A stretch of DNA of 11,462 bases from assembly GCA_964013405.1 (NCBI GenBank), contig CAXGWI010000113.1, positions 1 to 11,462 on the forward strand, read 5' to 3'. Below are positions 6,001-11,462 of this stretch, piece by piece. The translations under genes and the position numbers were made by a program. Position 1 is the first letter of the stretch. The number at the start of each line of letters is the position of its first letter. The notes under the pieces were generated by a model. The model saw nothing but the letters and a program-made list of their open reading frames with translations. It had not been told where the DNA came from and made no database searches. Source of the stretch: an uncultured Myxococcales bacterium. GTDB taxonomy: Bacteria; Myxococcota; UBA4151.

Positions 6001-7364
6001 TGGCGGGGTGGAGCTTCGGCGGCCCAGGCCCCAGAGCCTTCCGTGGGGCCGAGGGTGATGCGGCCTTCGTTCAAATCCAAGCCACCCCACCCAATGAGGA
6101 TACCAACACGCTAAACCACCGCTTGGACGCGATCCTAAACACGATTCTCCAAGACTGCAGTGAGCCCGCAGAGGAGGGTGGCGAACCCCAGTGCAACGTG
6201 CCCGCCGTCCGGGAAGCGAACCAAGCAGGCCTTGAAACCCAACAACTGGAACTGGCCATCAGTGCCATCGACCGGTGTGCAGGCAGCGTCGACTTCCAGA
6301 TCATGGTGGCCGTCCAAGACCAGGGTGAAGTGGCCCAGCGAGCTTTCGGTATCGCGGTGGCTTCAGCCATCGCCGGAGGCAGCCATGTGGGAGCCAATGG
6401 TGCGACCCTCGAGCCGGTCTGCGAGGACTACACCTATGGGCAGGGACCAGGGGCCCTCGATGTGATCGTCGTCGTCGACAACTCCGGCAGCATGGAAGAG
6501 GAACAGCAAGCCCTTGCGGAAGCTGCTGCAGACCTGACGAGCACGCTTTCGAGCAGTGGGCTGAACTGGCGCGTCGGTATCACAACGACCGATGCGAACC
6601 CCAACACCAATGGTGGTGATGGCCAATTGATCGGCGGGTTCTCGACTCAAACCGGAACCATCCGAAGCACCATCGAGAACATCGGTACGGATGGCAGCGG
6701 CAGGGAGTATGGCCTGCGAGCCGTTCGCCGAGCCCTCGAGCGAGCCACCGAGAACGATCGGCTCGAGGGCGACGCCCATGCGCTGAGACCGGGTGTACCC
6801 GTCGCCATCATCTTGCTGACCGATAGCGAAGACCAGGGCGCCCGGGATGCCCGCTGTGACAACCGAGACGATGACCGCAATGGCCTGGCCGATGATGCCG
6901 AATGCATTGAGGAAGCGGTGGAAAGTACCATCGCCTTACTCCAGGGTGAGTTGGACCGGGTGCCGCTACCAGAGGGCCTTGATCGAGTCGGGACGCTCTT
7001 TGCGATCACCACCAGCCCCATCGATGGCTGCCCCGACCGCGAGAGCTTTGGGTGGTCCCAAAGAGCCGTTGCCTTGGCTACCGGTGGGTCCGTGGGCAGT
7101 ATCTGCTCCAACGATTTGGACTACAGCGCCTTGATTCGTCGCATGGCAGGACAGGCTGCCGATACCGTGCCCAGTTATAACCTGGGGGGACGGGTGATCG
7201 CCGGTAGCCTGAACGTCACCAGCGGCGGTGAAGGCGAGCGGCAGCCACCGCCCGCTGGAACGTATCGCCATGACCCGGTCACAGGCCATGTCGTGCTTGA
7301 AGCTGGCGCCCTACCAGCCGCCGGTGCTCAGGTAGGCATCAGTGGCATCCGCTGGAGTCGCTGA
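3..7364 (+). CDS. Giant multidomain cell-surface/adhesin-like protein, 5'-partial (FlgD-Ig, CarboxypepD_reg-like, cadherin/PKD-like Ig, internal MYXO-CTERM + lipobox, Ig-like repeats, TSP3 repeats, VWA)
   Basis: ORF track gives 45..7364 (2439 aa from a GTG). The same frame has no stop back to base 3 (RQAGRPCTAENAAQV...) and no signal peptide follows the GTG, so the true start is probably upstream of the window. Recognisable extracellular motifs run along the whole length. TGA stop at 7362-7364. Confidence 0.93.
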   Translation, partial: RQAGRPCTAENAAQVCVSEGSACEASEGEEISRCTGDTMVRSLFNNEATPPGVHSRSWNGQDDQGNRLSDGVYLLSYSARRGEDQSTDSILVGVLSEAPAEVRGMVRDRDTDRGIPGSVVELRTPRGGLIQKGQVGRRGNYVLPLIRPGSYRLTANVPGYGDPEGVDLELGSGERRTTHFWMSGNQPPSFRPVDPVAPIAEGSDFELHIQAVDLDGDPIALEASVPLGGRFDDLGQGHGRFRWQVPYSDDHEARLLVEASDGMGRSELLIRLPIAENNRPPTIHGHHQAALSFGQHMNRRIWAVDPDGDNVSLSIENMPQGASFDGEHFTWTAPRGWMGRIDMEVVATDDGDPAAEARGPFVVAVGPPNGQPVLEPVRQLRVTVGQGFNHQFIADDPDGDALTFGANDLPEGLAMSADGILQGLVSADLADSQQVITVWVRDSSVPEGNDQMQVTLLFIAADREPYLNLPDELVVSPNTLFRHPVDFGGGQDLSLLVLMGPPDLALDPSGTTLVWSVPPQLADRTVLVLGLRGAERPIRAQTVLVKQDNDLPPRIVLPAEVTMDGLQVMLDASESHDPEGAPLLFEWFPEAGATVEDSTADGKARFKFEENKRYKIVLRLSDGRHTVSRDVQILPEAMGTGSVPSQGCFDASGSAGSGLFILLALLALRRRRAAWASAAGLFLLVGCGSGLPQFEASELPKPASVLPGLLNVTAPSPDGLVQVSGAPGAAVPMAEVTVTPENGEPTSTTSSMDGSFETYVTATNAQNLVLSQSIDGRTSDPITVRAGVRPPTGRAELARNAADETVLTLNTAATDGADEIWIRDPYGTWSKLPEPDAAGRYVIPTEVDLPPNPGDAYEVKQVVEGVSSSPRPIMVSEPAGDAGFSMTASSDPEDQSLYIAGPANPDRSLAYVLVTNLDAAGFPQRSARAEEDGAFGPVVMPGHHGDRMVIEIIAETETRYELMGPLDRRRTRVRFTDVGSAQVIGSPGAAMPGATVQASVPRRGRTFTTTADAHGAFEIDLIVGAGETILCTQSSADEESTSTYESPPIRLVAPQSSTGVNGDLLRSSPGDDGNIRISGLTGATTAGHGISLRHAPSGSTSADDLVDGGATIASDDGSFELSLLAEEVREGDELLVIPEDGPPTVYLIPSTPIDVNVEGGEPGGIALSAAPGARSTQTSVSLAPGTLPPGATYTMEVGKVGLDDRFTAAGSSRGGLGSGSGGRWVLTVGPDGGSGQRPVVVEPGEAVRILCAYDDGSRQVITEVLGLRTDQIGVSTPDDEGRIDVFAPPGAAPVGATIRVQVVNGAAGSILVDSDGGFGLRVAASGGDAVLVQVDLPGCGCSSLPTTVTVPGGDRPTMTLPVPPAHLLATWRRPGGYIVYGAPMATVSGATVLLRSANGQVFTGQANSRGSFLIAAEGGPSDEVSLTAQRGQARSDATTFCVPEVAQDSGVALTHCAGEWQLSGRARLGEAGTTMTWTLTSMDPQRAIAAQLLLNGAPGLVTWRRRAQETLAVTHAPPLTTLFTSHSEPLDLGRSARIGRLGDHPLLLLDHAAISANRPENTLQMGRGLGAQRRWLQPTMLEGQGGNGLVLALAPDLDDRLLFRTVGPITTMPSSLIEGRGTAAPFPTEGWVFTWEPGVDRMELWGGALAEGDLIIAHYPGSERFDLFVSEMAEHPPEEEGGEPGATEPRIQVELRSEWLDGDEPAPVHLALVREGRLSQAVELWLDDNDDVPVAQELGEGRSRFGDGPRDSDRDGIPDLADVDSDNDGINDRDEYGQPAEGEPIQDSDGDGTPDYLDDDSDGDGILDVEEGAGDRDNDGTPDHRDTDADNDGIPDQQERGPGEFARDHDQDGIPDFQDTDSDGDGVSDQVEIGDDPAQPASLGANGPDYLNPCFPRAPLPMTVVSLSGLSGQLALPAGFGEDATQAVMATVPALGDEDCARPQPGEPEGTRPVGSRITSQDGMLAGAVIRRHRPEFLDAEPGWRRAAAHLEDVIGRLQVAGWSFGGPGPRAFRGAEGDAAFVQIQATPPNEDTNTLNHRLDAILNTILQDCSEPAEEGGEPQCNVPAVREANQAGLETQQLELAISAIDRCAGSVDFQIMVAVQDQGEVAQRAFGIAVASAIAGGSHVGANGATLEPVCEDYTYGQGPGALDVIVVVDNSGSMEEEQQALAEAAADLTSTLSSSGLNWRVGITTTDANPNTNGGDGQLIGGFSTQTGTIRSTIENIGTDGSGREYGLRAVRRALERATENDRLEGDAHALRPGVPVAIILLTDSEDQGARDARCDNRDDDRNGLADDAECIEEAVESTIALLQGELDRVPLPEGLDRVGTLFAITTSPIDGCPDRESFGWSQRAVALATGGSVGSICSNDLDYSALIRRMAGQAADTVPSYNLGGRVIAGSLNVTSGGEGERQPPPAGTYRHDPVTGHVVLEAGALPAAGAQVGISGIRWSR
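15..104 (+). other. Cys-rich (C-x8-C-x6-C-x10-C) disulfide module
   Basis: In-frame Cys codons at 21, 48, 69 and 102 (RPCTAENAAQVCVSEGSACEASEGEEISRC). Resembles the short Cys-rich repeats common in myxobacterial extracellular proteins. Confidence 0.55.
117..285 (+). other. FlgD Ig-like domain (C-terminal portion)
   Basis: MVRSLFNNEATPPGVHSRSWNGQDDQGNRLSDGVYLL matches the FlgD_ig pattern VRxL...GxHxxxWxGxDxxG..xxxGxY. Confidence 0.8.
303..549 (+). other. Carboxypeptidase regulatory-like (prealbumin-fold) domain
   Basis: VRGMVRDRDTDRGIPGSVVEL...GNYVLPLIRPGSYRLTANVPGY matches the pattern IxGxVxD..G.P.PGAxV...GxYxxxxLxPGxYxLxxxxxGY. Confidence 0.8.
555..1908 (+). repeat. Five tandem ~90-aa cadherin-like/putative-Ig and PKD-like modules
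   Basis: Modules start at NQPP (555), NRPP (834), NGQP (1107), DREP (1386) and DLPP (1650), spaced 88-93 aa apart. The first three carry AxDxDGD Ca-linker motifs (AVDLDGD, AVDPDGD, ADDPDGD); the first two end in VxAxDxG-like strands. The fourth is degenerate. The fifth has the PKD-like LDASESHDPEG..LxFEW. Confidence 0.8.
1941..2018 (+). other. MYXO-CTERM-like (Gly-Cys / TM helix / Arg cluster) sorting signal, internal to the ORF
   Basis: GCFDASGSAGSGLFILLALLALRRRR: Gly-Cys at 1941-1946, small-residue spacer, hydrophobic stretch, then RRRR at 2007-2018. It follows a G/S-rich linker after the last Ig module. Confidence 0.8.
2007..2063 (+). other. Internal lipoprotein (signal peptidase II-type) signal peptide with lipobox LVG|C
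   Basis: RRRR (n-region), AAWASAAGLFLLVG (14 uncharged residues), then Cys at 2061-2063 followed by GSG. Fits the lipobox consensus [LVI][ASTVI][GAS]C. Confidence 0.72.
2127..4335 (+). repeat. About 8 diverged ~80-100-aa beta-sandwich (Ig-like) repeats
   Basis: Recurrent pattern VxGxPGAAxPGAxV...xxDGxFxxxxxxxxGDxLxxxQ: GAPGAAVPMAEV..DGSF (2175), GSPGAAMPGATV..HGAF..GE (2955), GLTGATTAG..DGSF..GD, APGTLPPGATY..GE, APPGAAPVGATI..DGGF..GD (3861), GAPMATVSGATV..RGSF (4143), plus two more degenerate units (..AGRY..PGD, ..DGAF..HGD). Confidence 0.7.
5253..5618 (+). repeat. Thrombospondin type-3-like Ca2+-binding repeats (8 x DxDxDG)
   Basis: DSDRDG, DSDNDG, DSDGDG, DSDGDG, DRDNDG, DADNDG, DHDQDG, DSDGDG, arranged as four DxDxDGxPDxxDxDxDxDGxxDxxE pairs. 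Confidence 0.9.
6453..7155 (+). other. von Willebrand factor A domain with MIDAS motif (myxobacterial CglB-like type)
   Basis: LDVIVVVDNSGSMEEEQ (DxSxS at 6477-6491), WRVGITTTD, GSGREYGL, IILLTDSED (6807-6833) and ATGGSVGSICS. This motif order is typical of myxobacterial VWA lipoproteins. Confidence 0.9.
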
Positions 7365-7376
7365 CCTGGGGCCGAA

Positions 7377-8585
7377 TTAGACGTCGTAGCCGTGAACGTC
7401 GCCAAAGCGGCGTAACCGGAGTGCGTTGAGTTTGATGAAGCCATCGGCATCAGCCTGGTTGTAGACTTCTTCGGCCTCGAAACTCGCCACCTCGGGGTCG
7501 TAGAGCGTCTTCTCGGCCTTGCGACCAACCACCGCTGCCGCGCCTTTATAGAGCTTCATCCGGACGGTTCCCGTCACGTCTCGCTGACTCAAATCGATGG
7601 TTTGCTGCAGGAGCTGTCGCTCCGGTGCGTACCAAAAACCATTGTAAACCAACTTGGCGTAGCGGGGCACAAGTTCATCCTTAAAGTGGGCGACCTCCCG
7701 ATCCAGAGTCAAACTCTCGATGGCCCGGTGAGCGGCGAGCAGCACGGTCACCCCTGGCGTTTCATACACACCACGGCTCTTCATGCCGACGAAGCGATTC
7801 TCGACGATATCCACGCGACCGATGCCGTGGGCACCGGCTCGAGCGTTGAGGTGGGTCAGAAGCTCAAAGGGCGTCATGGCCACACCGTCCACTGCGACCG
7901 CATCCCCCGCTTCAAAACGAATCTCCACATACTCCGCTTGATCCGGCGCGTCTTCGGGGTTCACCGTCATTTTAAACATCGAGTTGTCGGCTTCCCGCCA
8001 GGGGTCTTCAAGAATCCCGCCCTCGTAGGAGATGTGCATCGCATTCGCATCCATCGAGTACGGCTTCTCAGCACTCGCCTCCACCTGCAGGCCCCGGGCT
8101 TCGCAGTAGTCGAGGAGATCCTTTCGCCCTTTGTAGGCCCAATCGCGCCAAGGAGCGATGACCTTGATGTCTGGCTTTAAGGCATACGCGGTGAGTTCGA
8201 AGCGCACCTGGTCATTCCCCTTGCCCGTCGCTCCATGACTGATCGCATCAGCACCTTCGGCCGTTGCGATCTCAACCATTCGCTTGCCGATGAGTGGGCG
8301 CGCTAATGAGGTGCCAAGCAGATAGACGCCTTCATACAGTGCATTGGCCCGAACGGCCGGGAACACAAAGTCGCGAACAAACTCTTCACGCAGATCATCG
8401 ATGTAGATTTTCGAGCCAGCGGCTGCTGCCTTGCCTTCGAGCGGATCGAGTTCCTCCCCCTGGCCCAAGTCGGCAGCGAAACAGACGACTTCGCAGCCAT
8501 AGGTCTCTTTCAGCCAATGCAGAATAACCGTGGTATCTAGACCACCGCTGTAAGCGAGGACGACTTTGCTGATCTCTTGTGCCAT
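7377..8585 (-). CDS. argG: Argininosuccinate synthase
   Basis: 402 aa with signatures [68 protein letters not shown] at 8585, preceded by GGGAGG. Confidence 0.98.
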   Translation of the reverse strand: MAQEISKVVLAYSGGLDTTVILHWLKETYGCEVVCFAADLGQGEELDPLEGKAAAAGSKIYIDDLREEFVRDFVFPAVRANALYEGVYLLGTSLARPLIGKRMVEIATAEGADAISHGATGKGNDQVRFELTAYALKPDIKVIAPWRDWAYKGRKDLLDYCEARGLQVEASAEKPYSMDANAMHISYEGGILEDPWREADNSMFKMTVNPEDAPDQAEYVEIRFEAGDAVAVDGVAMTPFELLTHLNARAGAHGIGRVDIVENRFVGMKSRGVYETPGVTVLLAAHRAIESLTLDREVAHFKDELVPRYAKLVYNGFWYAPERQLLQQTIDLSQRDVTGTVRMKLYKGAAAVVGRKAEKTLYDPEVASFEAEEVYNQADADGFIKLNALRLRRFGDVHGYDV

Positions 8586-8590
8586 GCGGG

Positions 8591-8596
8591 CCTCCC
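8591..8596 (-). promoter_or_regulatory. Shine-Dalgarno site of argG
   Basis: Minus strand reads GGGAGG-cccgc-ATG (plus strand cctccc at 8591-8596), a 5-nt spacer to the start codon. Confidence 0.8.
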
Positions 8597-8634
8597 ATCT
8601 CAGGATGCCTGCCTACAGGGGCTTCAGGCCGGGA

Positions 8635-10488
8635 TCAACCGGCGCTCAACTGGTCGCCGAAGGTCGCTGACAAATCGTCCGGAAGCCCTTGAAGGTTACC
8701 GTCCTCAGTCTGAAAGGCCTGAAGCCACTTCACAAAGCGGTCCTGCTCCGCCGGTTCACTCCGGGCCAACACGTCCTCTCCATGGCTGAGGATCCGGTTG
8801 ATCCGCTCAGCTTCACCCTCCTCTTCGGCATCATCACGAAGCCGTCGAACATCGCCCAAGAGTAACCGGAGACCCTCTCGAGATGCCTGCTTGATTCGAT
8901 CACTGTGGCTCCGCAGCAGGTTCGCCTGGTGCGCCGCTTTGAGCTTGTCCAACTCTTCGTGGCTCAGCCCGGACGGGACCAGCAAAGCTGCCCGGTATTC
9001 GTTGCCAGTGCCGGCGTCCTGGGCAAAAATATTGACGGTGCCATCGGCATCGATGCTGAAGTCCAGATGGACTCGCACGCTGCCCCGCGGTCCTTTCTGG
9101 AGCCCCGTGATCTTCACAACCCCCAACAACTCATTGCCGGAGGCCGTCGTGGAGCGACCTTGCCGTACGACGAGGCTCAACTGGTCTTGATCGTTTTGGC
9201 TCGTCGTGAGCGCCCGAGCAGCCACGGCTGGGATCGCTGTATTTCTGGTGACGATGGTCTCAAACCGATCGTTCGGGAGTTGGATACCTAAGTCATGGGG
9301 TGTCACGTCCATGAGTAGAATCTGCCCCCGCAAGCCCGACAACGCCGCGGCCTGAACAGCGGCGCCCAAGGCGACCGCATTGTCCGGATCCACAGCCTGG
9401 GAAGGCTCCCGGCCGGACAGGACCTTGAGCCGTTTACGGACCAGCGGCGTTCGGGTCGTCCCACCGACGAGAAGAATCTCATCGATATCATCAAAACTGA
9501 GATCACAGTCATCCAGGGTCTGCTGGGTGACCTGCATCGCCTTGCCCACCAGATCTTCGATCAGGTTTTCTAGACGTGCTCTGGGCAACTCCATCTCCAG
9601 GTGGATAGGCGAGCCGTCTTCGAGGGCCGAAAGGAAAGGCAGATTGAACCGAGCGGTGACAGCGGAAGAGAGTTCGTGGCGAACATTGCGCGCGGCTTCT
9701 CGAAGCCGTTGCATGGCCGTGGCATCACCGCTCAAGTCCACCTCGTGCTGATCGCGAAGTTCGTGGAGCAAGAGGTTCACGACCCGGTCGTCAAAGTCCT
9801 CACCGCCGAGACGGGTATCACCACCCGTTGCGACCACACGAAACATACCTTCTCGCACATCAACGATGCTGACGTCGAAAGTACCACCACCCAGGTCAAA
9901 GACGAGGACTCGCCCCTCCTGCCGGTCGTGTCCGTACGCAAGAGCCGCCGCCGTCGGCTCATTGATCATTCGAACGACTTCCAACCCGGCAATTTTGCCC
10001 GCATCGCGCGTCGCTGCCCGCTGTGCGTCGGTAAAGTACGCTGGGACCGTGATCACGGCTCGCCGGACAGATTCCCCGAGGAAAGCCTCCGCTCGACGCT
10101 TGATCTCGGCGAGTACCTCAGCGCAAATGGCCGAGGGAGGAAGCATTTCATCCCGCAGCATGACCCGGGCATCCCCCCGCGGTCCGGCCACGATCTCGAA
10201 TGGGCTCGTTGGGATCTGCTCCTCAAGGACCGGATGGTCAAAGGGGCGCCCGATCAAACGCTTGACCCCGAAAATCGTGTGCTTCGGGTTGGTGACTGCC
10301 TGTCGAAAAGCCAACAAGCCTGAAAGCAGGCGACCATCGGATGTCTTTGCGACGACGCTCGGAAAGCCGACCTCGCCACTTTCACTGGTCACAACGACCG
10401 GCCCATCACCCTGCCAGACGGCCGCACAGGTGTTGGTGGTACCGAGATCGATACCAATGATGGGGCTGTTGTCCTGACCCGCCACCAT
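8635..10488 (-). CDS. dnaK: Hsp70/DnaK-family chaperone (divergent paralog, probably not the housekeeping DnaK)
   Basis: 617 aa. Hsp70 signatures IIGIDLGTTN, KRLIGR, AVITVPAYF, RMINEPTAAALAYG, VFDLGGGTFDVSI, LGGEDFD, LLVGGTTRTP; linker ILLMDVTP; substrate-domain PRG..FSIDADG. The lid and tail are divergent. Confidence 0.95.
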   Translation of the reverse strand: MVAGQDNSPIIGIDLGTTNTCAAVWQGDGPVVVTSESGEVGFPSVVAKTSDGRLLSGLLAFRQAVTNPKHTIFGVKRLIGRPFDHPVLEEQIPTSPFEIVAGPRGDARVMLRDEMLPPSAICAEVLAEIKRRAEAFLGESVRRAVITVPAYFTDAQRAATRDAGKIAGLEVVRMINEPTAAALAYGHDRQEGRVLVFDLGGGTFDVSIVDVREGMFRVVATGGDTRLGGEDFDDRVVNLLLHELRDQHEVDLSGDATAMQRLREAARNVRHELSSAVTARFNLPFLSALEDGSPIHLEMELPRARLENLIEDLVGKAMQVTQQTLDDCDLSFDDIDEILLVGGTTRTPLVRKRLKVLSGREPSQAVDPDNAVALGAAVQAAALSGLRGQILLMDVTPHDLGIQLPNDRFETIVTRNTAIPAVAARALTTSQNDQDQLSLVVRQGRSTTASGNELLGVVKITGLQKGPRGSVRVHLDFSIDADGTVNIFAQDAGTGNEYRAALLVPSGLSHEELDKLKAAHQANLLRSHSDRIKQASREGLRLLLGDVRRLRDDAEEEGEAERINRILSHGEDVLARSEPAEQDRFVKWLQAFQTEDGNLQGLPDDLSATFGDQLSAG

Positions 10489-11442
10489 CTATCGTCTCTT
10501 TTTCAGGCGTTCTTGGATATCTGAAGCCGCAGGGTCGAGTCGGGCGATCTTCTCTGCAACCGTCCGAGCTTTCGCATCCATCCCAGCCGTATCAAGAATA
10601 TTTAACATGACCCGAAGAAACTCAGTGTTATCGGGCGCAACATCAATGGCCCTTTGCGCCATATTTGCCGCCTCTTGAAGGTCCTCGCCCACGCGGCAGC
10701 AACACTCTGCTGCCCGGGCCCAGTACTCTGGTCGGTGCTCACATATCTTCGCGGCGTTCGAGAACGCCAAGGCTGCCTGATCCCAGCGCCCAACATTCAT
10801 CGCAAACTCACCGGCCTTCACGTGAGGTTCACTGCGGAAGTCGGAAGCACGAACACGCATTCGTTCCTCCATCTCAGTGTAGAGCGGATTCCTCGGATCG
10901 AAGGTCTTGGCAGCAAGGATGGCATTGTGCGCCTTCACAAATTCCTTCTTTTCCACGAACTGCATCGCCTCTTGATAGAGGGCCTTGGCCCGGCCGATGT
11001 TCGCAAACATCGGATTTTTTCTTAGGCGACGACGGCGAAGCCCCTCTGAAAGCCGCTGCCGCTCCCGCTGACGGGCTTCTCGGACTTCTTCCGGCAAGTC
11101 CTCTTCTTGAATCTCTTCAATGGACACACCCATCAGCTGGGTCCTGAGCTCCGAGCGTTGATCCTTATCGAGTAACACGTCTGCCGCGGCCCGAACCTGC
11201 GTATAGAGGCGTAGAATAAGGGGTCCGAAACTCCCCACCTCCTGACCAAAATAGGTGTCCGGGTGAAACATCCTCAATTTCTTGTCCGCTTGGCGCATGA
11301 TGCGTCCATCGTCTGCGGACATGGGAACATCGATTACTTTAAATGGTGACATGTCATCGATACGAGCATCGAGAAACAGCATCTCCTTACGCACATTCAT
11401 CTCCAGTGCGCAGATCTCCTCCAAGGGAGCACGGGGGAACAT
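10489..11442 (-). CDS. J-domain (DnaJ-type, HPD) + TPR-repeat protein, possibly 5'-partial
   Basis: Residues ~31-100 (SPFKVIDVPMSADDGRIMRQADKKLRMFHPD...YTQVRAAADVLLDKDQRSEL) form a J-domain with HPD at 11257-11265. The C-terminal half has TPR-like units (AKALYQEA..A..FDPRNPLY; G..AMNVGRWDQAALAFSNA; AQRAIDVAPDNTEF; IARLDP). The frame stays open to the window edge (GRFEGF-M), so the start may be upstream. Confidence 0.85.
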   Translation of the reverse strand: MFPRAPLEEICALEMNVRKEMLFLDARIDDMSPFKVIDVPMSADDGRIMRQADKKLRMFHPDTYFGQEVGSFGPLILRLYTQVRAAADVLLDKDQRSELRTQLMGVSIEEIQEEDLPEEVREARQRERQRLSEGLRRRRLRKNPMFANIGRAKALYQEAMQFVEKKEFVKAHNAILAAKTFDPRNPLYTEMEERMRVRASDFRSEPHVKAGEFAMNVGRWDQAALAFSNAAKICEHRPEYWARAAECCCRVGEDLQEAANMAQRAIDVAPDNTEFLRVMLNILDTAGMDAKARTVAEKIARLDPAASDIQERLKKRR

Positions 11443-11462
11443 GAATCCCTCAAATCGGCCGA

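Noticed and set aside
7602..8180. 192-aa + strand ORF
   Set aside because: Antisense shadow within argG with no independent coding evidence.
8586..8634. Possible terminator, ARG box or riboswitch between Hsp70 and argG
   Set aside because: Only 49 bp, with weak short inverted matches, no U-tract and no AT-rich ARG-box palindrome.
8798..10477. Long + strand ORFs antisense to the Hsp70 gene (9601..10323, 9866..10477 and others)
   Set aside because: Fully overlapped by a well-conserved Hsp70. Long antisense ORFs are a known by-product of codon bias in GC-rich hsp70 genes, and they show no recognisable motifs.
8635..11442. Functional link between the J/Hsp70 pair and folding or export of the giant surface protein
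   Set aside because: Opposite strands, separated by argG; proximity is the only support.

Overview
GC-rich bacterial window, most likely Myxococcota or a related deltaproteobacterial lineage (inferred from protein motifs), with four real genes. (1) A giant + strand surface-protein ORF of at least 2,450 aa (frame open from base 3 to the stop at 7364, so 5'-truncated). Its order is: Cys-rich module, FlgD-Ig-like domain, carboxypeptidase-regulatory-like domain, five cadherin/PKD-like Ig modules, an INTERNAL MYXO-CTERM-like sorting signal, a lipoprotein signal peptide (LVG|C) sharing the same RRRR cluster, about 8 copies of a different Ig-like repeat, thrombospondin type-3 Ca-binding repeats and a MIDAS-bearing VWA domain. 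(2-4) A convergent minus-strand cluster: a J-domain(HPD)+TPR protein whose stop directly abuts the start of a divergent Hsp70/DnaK paralog, followed by argG. The best candidate for new biology is the back-to-back MYXO-CTERM/lipobox hairpin at 1941-2063. It suggests one ORF is a polyprotein cut into two separately lipid-anchored surface proteins. All domain calls are by-eye motif recognition; no searches were run. No RNA genes, CRISPR arrays or mobile elements were seen.
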